DNA of 64,000 nucleotides. Origin: Bacteroidales bacterium. GTDB taxonomy: Bacteria; Bacteroidota; Bacteroidia; Bacteroidales; WCHB1-69. A model generated the notes under the pieces. It had not been told where the DNA came from. It saw only the letters and a list, made by a program, of their open reading frames with translations, and ran no database searches. The DNA lies in assembly GCA_017615595.1 (NCBI GenBank), contig JAFZZT010000005.1, forward strand, positions 36,244-100,243, written 5' to 3'. Position 1 is the stretch's first letter; each line of letters starts with the position of its first letter. The position numbers and the translations under genes were made by a program. Of this stretch, positions 59,779 through 64,000 are shown one piece after another.

Positions 59779-60031
59779 GTCGGAAGAATTATGGTTTTTA
59801 TCAGGTGTAAAGTGTTTGTTTTTTTTACGCGGTAAAGATAAAAAAAATATAGACCGGCCATCCATATTTTTTCAAGATGAATGAAGGTAGAGTGACTGAT
59901 TCTTTGCGCCGCGTTTTTCAGCATTGGAATCATGTGTATGTAAATAGCTACCAAATTTTAAGCTAAAAACAAGCCATTTCAAAATCCTAAAAAATCCAGT
60001 AGATTAGTATGCAAGATTATGATAAAATGAT

Positions 60032-60039
60032 TATTTTTG
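60032..60039 (+). promoter_or_regulatory. -7 element TATTTTTG upstream of mutA
   Basis: Matches TAnnTTTG, 25 nt upstream of the ATG at 60064. Confidence 0.5.
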
Positions 60040-60063
60040 CGCTTTCTTTTATAAGACAACAAT

Positions 60064-61911
60064 ATGGCTGAAGAAAAATTATTTACCGAATTTCCACCCA
60101 TCTCCACGGAGCAATGGGAGGCTACCATTGAAAAGGATTTAAAAGGTGCTGATTATCAGAAGAAATTAGTGTGGCGCACAGACGAAGGATTCCAGGTGCC
60201 GCCGTACTATCGTGCCGAAGACCTGAAAGATCTGGACTATCTGAATACCCTGCCGGGAGAGTTTCCTTTCCTGCGCGGCACCAAGGCTGACAACAACCAA
60301 TGGGATATCGTTCAAACCATTGATGAGTCTGATCCCGCCAAGGCCAATGCCATTGCGCTGGATGCCCTGATGCGCGGTGCCACCTGCATCTGCTTTGATG
60401 CTAGCAAGATAGACAATGCCGCGGCGCTGGCCACCTTGCTTAATGGTATTGAACTCACAGCTGCCGGCGTGCAGTTCAACCATGTGAAGAGCTATGTTGA
60501 CCTTATGAAGCTCTTCGTGGCATACGTGGAAGAGAAACAATATGACAAAAAGATGATCTCCGGACACATCAACTTTGATCCGCTGATCTATCGTCTCAAA
60601 CACAACAAGTTCTACTTCTCCCAGAAAGAAGATATGCAACAGACGATGGAGTTGTTGAAGATGGGCGAAGGAATGCCGAAGTTCAAGGTGATCAATGTCA
60701 ATGGTGTGGTGCTGCACAACGCCGGTGCCACCATCGTGCAGGAGATGGCCTACACGCTGGCGTTGGCCAACGAGTACATCAACTTCTGCGTGGAGCAAGG
60801 TCTGCCGGCCCACAAGGTGGCTTCCCGCATGCAGTTCACCTTGTCGGTGGGCTCCAACTACTTCATGGAGATTGCCAAGCTGCGCGCTATCCGTCTGCTG
60901 TGGTCCACGATGGTGGATCAGTACAAGCCGGAATGCGACTGTGCTTACAAACTGCGTATCAACACGGTAGCTTCTACATGGAACAAGACCCTGTATGATC
61001 CCTATGTCAACATGTTGCGAAGCACCACAGAGGGCATGTCTGCCGTGATAGGCGGTGCCGATGCGATCTCTCTTCAACCGTTTGATGTGGCTTACAAGCC
61101 GTCCGATGAGTTTTCCCGTCGTATTTCCCGCAATGTCCAGATTATCCTGAAGGAAGAAGCCTTCTTGGATTATGTGGTGGATCCCGCCGCAGGTTCCTAT
61201 TACATTGAGAACCTCACCAACTCCCTGGCAGAACATGTGTGGAAGCTTTTCCAGCAGGTAGAGGCCAACGGCGGCGCCTTGCAGGCGATAGAGGATGGTT
61301 CCATTAAGGCAGCCATTGAAGAGAGCTGCCAGAAACGTGACATGGACATCGCCACCCGTCGTTATGTGCTGCTGGGCACGAATCAATATCCGAACATCAA
61401 CGAGAAGATGGCAGACAAGATCGAGCGTCTCATCGAGGATGACAACGAGGGTTTGAAAACCTACCGTGGGGCTGCTGCTTTCGAGGCTGTCCGTTTAGAG
61501 ACCGAGAAGTATGCCGCCGATCATAAACGTCCGTCTGTCTATCTGCTCAAGCTGGGCAACCTGGCCATGCGTCAGGCACGTGCCGGCTTCATCACCAATT
61601 TCTTCGGTTGCGCCGGGTACGAGATCATCGAGCCCGCAGGCTTTGCCACCGTGGAAGAGGGTATCAAGGCCGTGGCGGAAGCCAAGCCGTCCCTGATCGT
61701 GGTCTGCAGCTCTGACGAGGAGTACGCCACCCTCGGCGTGGAAGCTGTGAAACAGGCCAAAGCCCAATTCCCGAACACCCCTTGTCTCATCGCCGGAAAC
61801 CCGACCGAGGCAATTGAGATGCTGAAAGAGGCTGGTACAGACGATTTCATTCATGTTAGAACCAATCTTTTGCAAAGCTTGAAGAGCTATAATGAAAAAT
61901 TGTTGAAATAG
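60064..61911 (+). CDS. mutA: Methylmalonyl-CoA mutase small (beta) subunit
   Basis: 615 aa with a mutase TIM-barrel-like N-terminal region (FPFLRGTKADNNQWDIVQ). The C-terminal Rossmann-like domain lacks the DxHxxG cobalamin-ligand motif (GNLAMRQARAGFITNFFG), as expected for the small subunit. Confidence 0.8.
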   Translation: MAEEKLFTEFPPISTEQWEATIEKDLKGADYQKKLVWRTDEGFQVPPYYRAEDLKDLDYLNTLPGEFPFLRGTKADNNQWDIVQTIDESDPAKANAIALDALMRGATCICFDASKIDNAAALATLLNGIELTAAGVQFNHVKSYVDLMKLFVAYVEEKQYDKKMISGHINFDPLIYRLKHNKFYFSQKEDMQQTMELLKMGEGMPKFKVINVNGVVLHNAGATIVQEMAYTLALANEYINFCVEQGLPAHKVASRMQFTLSVGSNYFMEIAKLRAIRLLWSTMVDQYKPECDCAYKLRINTVASTWNKTLYDPYVNMLRSTTEGMSAVIGGADAISLQPFDVAYKPSDEFSRRISRNVQIILKEEAFLDYVVDPAAGSYYIENLTNSLAEHVWKLFQQVEANGGALQAIEDGSIKAAIEESCQKRDMDIATRRYVLLGTNQYPNINEKMADKIERLIEDDNEGLKTYRGAAAFEAVRLETEKYAADHKRPSVYLLKLGNLAMRQARAGFITNFFGCAGYEIIEPAGFATVEEGIKAVAEAKPSLIVVCSSDEEYATLGVEAVKQAKAQFPNTPCLIAGNPTEAIEMLKEAGTDDFIHVRTNLLQSLKSYNEKLLK

Positions 61912-61912
61912 C

Positions 61913-62800
61913 ATGTCTCGAAACAGATTCCTGATATGGATTGTCTGCTTTGTCTTGTTGTGCGGGTGTAAAAATCCGCAGCATACGGAGCAGACAATTT
62001 TTTTAGACTATACAGATTCTTATAATCGCGAGGTGGTTTTGCAACAAAAACCGCAACGCATCGTTTCCCTGTCGCCGGCCATTACCGAGTTGCTCTTTAT
62101 GATTGGTGCGGGCGACCGCTTGGTGGGCATCTCCGATTATTGCCAATATCCAGAAGAGACAAAGAAGATCCAGAAGGTGGGAGGGATGCAGAATATCAAC
62201 ATGGAGACGCTTCTCTCTTTGCATCCTGATGTAGTCCTCATCGGGTCCATGGTCTCGCAGGAGGATGTAGACAAGATAGAGAAACTGAACATTCCCGTCA
62301 TTGCACTGATTGAGGAGTCGGACATTACCGGCATCTCCACGTTGATGCTGAATTTAGGCAAAATCACAGCTCAAGACTCTGCGGCCAAGGTGGAGGCGGA
62401 CCGCTGGCAAAAGACCTTGGAACACTTCCGTCAGCAGAATGTCTGCCGTCAGGAAGCGCCCAAGAGTGTCTATTATGTGGTTGGATTTGGCGAAACGGGC
62501 GATTTCACAGCCCCCAAAGGCAGCCATATCCATCAGATCATCGAGTTGGCGGGCTGCCGCAACGTGGGCGAGGAGGTCACCACCTGGAATGTCAGTCGCG
62601 AATTTCTATTCCAAGAGGATCCGGACATCATAGTGGTGCGCAAGGAGGATATGGAGAACTTCTGTTCCCTTTATCCTTACACCCTGTTGCGGGCGGTGAA
62701 AAACCACAAGGTGTATCCCATTGAAAGTTCGTGGATAGACATCGTGACGCCGCGCAACCTGCAGGCGATTGCCTATTTGCAGCAGATTACTTCCGAATAA
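61913..62800 (+). CDS. Periplasmic-binding-protein type 2 lipoprotein (BtuF/FhuD-like; cobalamin, heme or siderophore binding)
   Basis: It has a lipobox (LLCGC), RIVSLSPAITELLFMIGAGDRLVGISDYCQYPEE, and DVVLIGS. There is a 1-nt gap after mutA. Confidence 0.7.
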   Translation: MSRNRFLIWIVCFVLLCGCKNPQHTEQTIFLDYTDSYNREVVLQQKPQRIVSLSPAITELLFMIGAGDRLVGISDYCQYPEETKKIQKVGGMQNINMETLLSLHPDVVLIGSMVSQEDVDKIEKLNIPVIALIEESDITGISTLMLNLGKITAQDSAAKVEADRWQKTLEHFRQQNVCRQEAPKSVYYVVGFGETGDFTAPKGSHIHQIIELAGCRNVGEEVTTWNVSREFLFQEDPDIIVVRKEDMENFCSLYPYTLLRAVKNHKVYPIESSWIDIVTPRNLQAIAYLQQITSE

Positions 62801-63692
62801 TGGTCACGGAGCCCTGCAGGGTTTCTTCAAACTGGTGGAGTCCGAAGGTGAACTGGTAGAAGTAGGTCCCGTCCGGACAGTCGCCACCGTCCCAGTTGTT
62901 CTCGTATAGATTGGATTGATAGACGACTCTTCCGTTGCGGTCGCGGACGGTCAGTTGGCGTTTGGCGCAATGGTCGCTGCCCCGGATGACGAAGAGGTCG
63001 TTGATGCCATCGCCATTGGGCGTGAACACATTCGGGATTTCCAGTTTTTGGAGGGCTTCTGGAGTGTCCAGCACCTCAGGATGTTCTTGGACCACAGGGT
63101 CTGCTTGCGCCGAGATGACCTGCTGGGAGGGTAGGGTCACGTTGGTGGGCAGCGCCATTGGGTTTTGCGGTGCCAGTGGGTGCGGGGAGGGCGCTGTGGG
63201 ATGCGTTTCCACGATGGCGGGCGCGGGTTGTGGTGTACTGACCACCGAAGGATGATCGTAGGGGTTGGATTCCGCCGGAGGTTCCGTGCTCACCATCTCG
63301 TTACGGGACACTGCTGGAGCACTTTCTGTTAGCGTGGGCTGGTATGTTGATTCGGGTTCGCTATCGGTCGTCACGGTGTCGTTAGTCACGATGGTGGTGG
63401 CAGGTGCGGAGGTGGGCGGGGTGGGGGAGTCTTTGAGAAGGGCCACGGTGGTCAGGGTGATGACGCCGCCCGCGATGCCAAGACCGACCATCGCCAAGAT
63501 GAGCTTGCTCTTGGCAACCGTTGCGACACGGGCCATGGAGTTCGTGGCGCCATGAGTGGCCGAGGCTCCGCTGTCAGAAGCGCTGCCCTCCGCCTGCGGC
63601 GTCAGCTGGTCCAAGCGCTGACTTAGCTGCTGCCAGCAATGGTCCGATGGCGTCATCTCATGAGTCTCTAATATGTCTTTGATGTTGTTCAT
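62787..63692 (-). CDS. Single-pass membrane protein: anti-sigma-like N-terminus, P/T/S-rich linker, T9SS type-B (gliding motility-associated) C-terminal sorting domain
   Basis: The ATG at 63692 overlaps the sigma-factor stop (ATGA). It has one transmembrane segment (LILAMVGLGIAGGVITLTTVALL). The C-terminus IPNVFTPNGDGINDLFVIRG...DGTYFYQF...GSVTIIRK matches the type-B sorting-domain signature. Confidence 0.6.
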   Translation of the reverse strand: MNNIKDILETHEMTPSDHCWQQLSQRLDQLTPQAEGSASDSGASATHGATNSMARVATVAKSKLILAMVGLGIAGGVITLTTVALLKDSPTPPTSAPATTIVTNDTVTTDSEPESTYQPTLTESAPAVSRNEMVSTEPPAESNPYDHPSVVSTPQPAPAIVETHPTAPSPHPLAPQNPMALPTNVTLPSQQVISAQADPVVQEHPEVLDTPEALQKLEIPNVFTPNGDGINDLFVIRGSDHCAKRQLTVRDRNGRVVYQSNLYENNWDGGDCPDGTYFYQFTFGLHQFEETLQGSVTIIRK

Positions 63693-64000
63693 CCGTGTCT
63701 TTTTTCTTCTTCTTTGATTCGTTTCTGTAACCACTGTCGGGCCCTGAACAGATGCACCCGCACCGTGTTGATGGGCTCCTCGGTTATCGCTGTTATTTCT
63801 TCAAACTCATATCCTTCCACCTCTCTTAAGTTGAATACGAGCCGCTGCTTCTCCGGCATCTCGTCCATCATCTTCAAGATCTGGTTCGCATCCAGGCTGG
63901 TGACTATCTCCCCCGCAACATCCTCCATGGTGCCCAAATCCATCGACATCTCCATTTCATATTGCCGCCGATGCGCCCGCAAATAGTCTATGGACAGATT
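63689..64000 (-). CDS. ECF-type RNA polymerase sigma-70 factor; the N-terminus lies beyond the window edge
   Basis: It has the region 4 helix-turn-helix (MPEKQRLVFNLREVEGYEFEEITAITEEPINTVRVHLFRARQWL). The reading frame stays open to position 64000. Confidence 0.8.
   Translation of the reverse strand, partial: NLSIDYLRAHRRQYEMEMSMDLGTMEDVAGEIVTSLDANQILKMMDEMPEKQRLVFNLREVEGYEFEEITAITEEPINTVRVHLFRARQWLQKRIKEEEKRHG

Noticed and set aside
59866-60063. Cobalamin riboswitch expected upstream of the mutA/BtuF-like pair
   Set aside because: I saw no B12-box-like GCCACTG core and no extended GC-rich multi-stem structure. The leader is AT-rich, and the -7 promoter element lies only 25 nt from the ATG.

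Overview
This window looks like a chromosomal segment of a Bacteroidota (Bacteroidales-like) genome. I call about 56 protein-coding genes and one tRNA-Arg(CCT). I found no rRNA, CRISPR array, transposase, integrase or phage genes. The phylum call rests on three things: TAnnTTTG -7 promoter elements recurring 10-80 nt upstream of gene starts, seven proteins ending in type IX secretion (T9SS) C-terminal sorting domains, and typical gene content (nusB-DUF1573-yajC block, hydG plus a TM1266-type regulator, mutA, rubrerythrin, POT transporter). Most of the window is housekeeping: mreB, ridA, ABC-F, rsmE, nfo, mlaEF-like, sufE, rbr, folD, trxA, yajC, nusB, queA, purM, ackA, gap, rpiB, ybeY, mnmG, guaB. 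Several things deserve a second look. (1) An ECF sigma factor is start/stop-overlapped (ATGA) with a single-pass membrane protein that ends in a T9SS type-B (gliding-motility) sorting domain. (2) A 536-bp AT-rich intergenic gap (38630-39165) is packed with DnaA-box-like 9-mers and could be an oriC. (3) A two-gene T9SS cargo module (a 1336-aa Cys-rich PKD/Ig-repeat protein and a 670-aa propeller-like protein) has very high GC, interrupted by sharply AT-rich patches inside the ORFs. (4) A low-GC operon links a truncated LutB-like Fe-S protein, a 1119-aa membrane-anchored coiled-coil protein, a small unknown protein and a secreted SGNH-like esterase to ybeY by overlapping start/stop codons. (5) mutA is followed by a BtuF-like binding protein instead of mutB. 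All functional calls come from reading the supplied translations for family motifs. No database search, HMM or statistic was run. The GC values quoted are hand counts of individual 60-nt lines.
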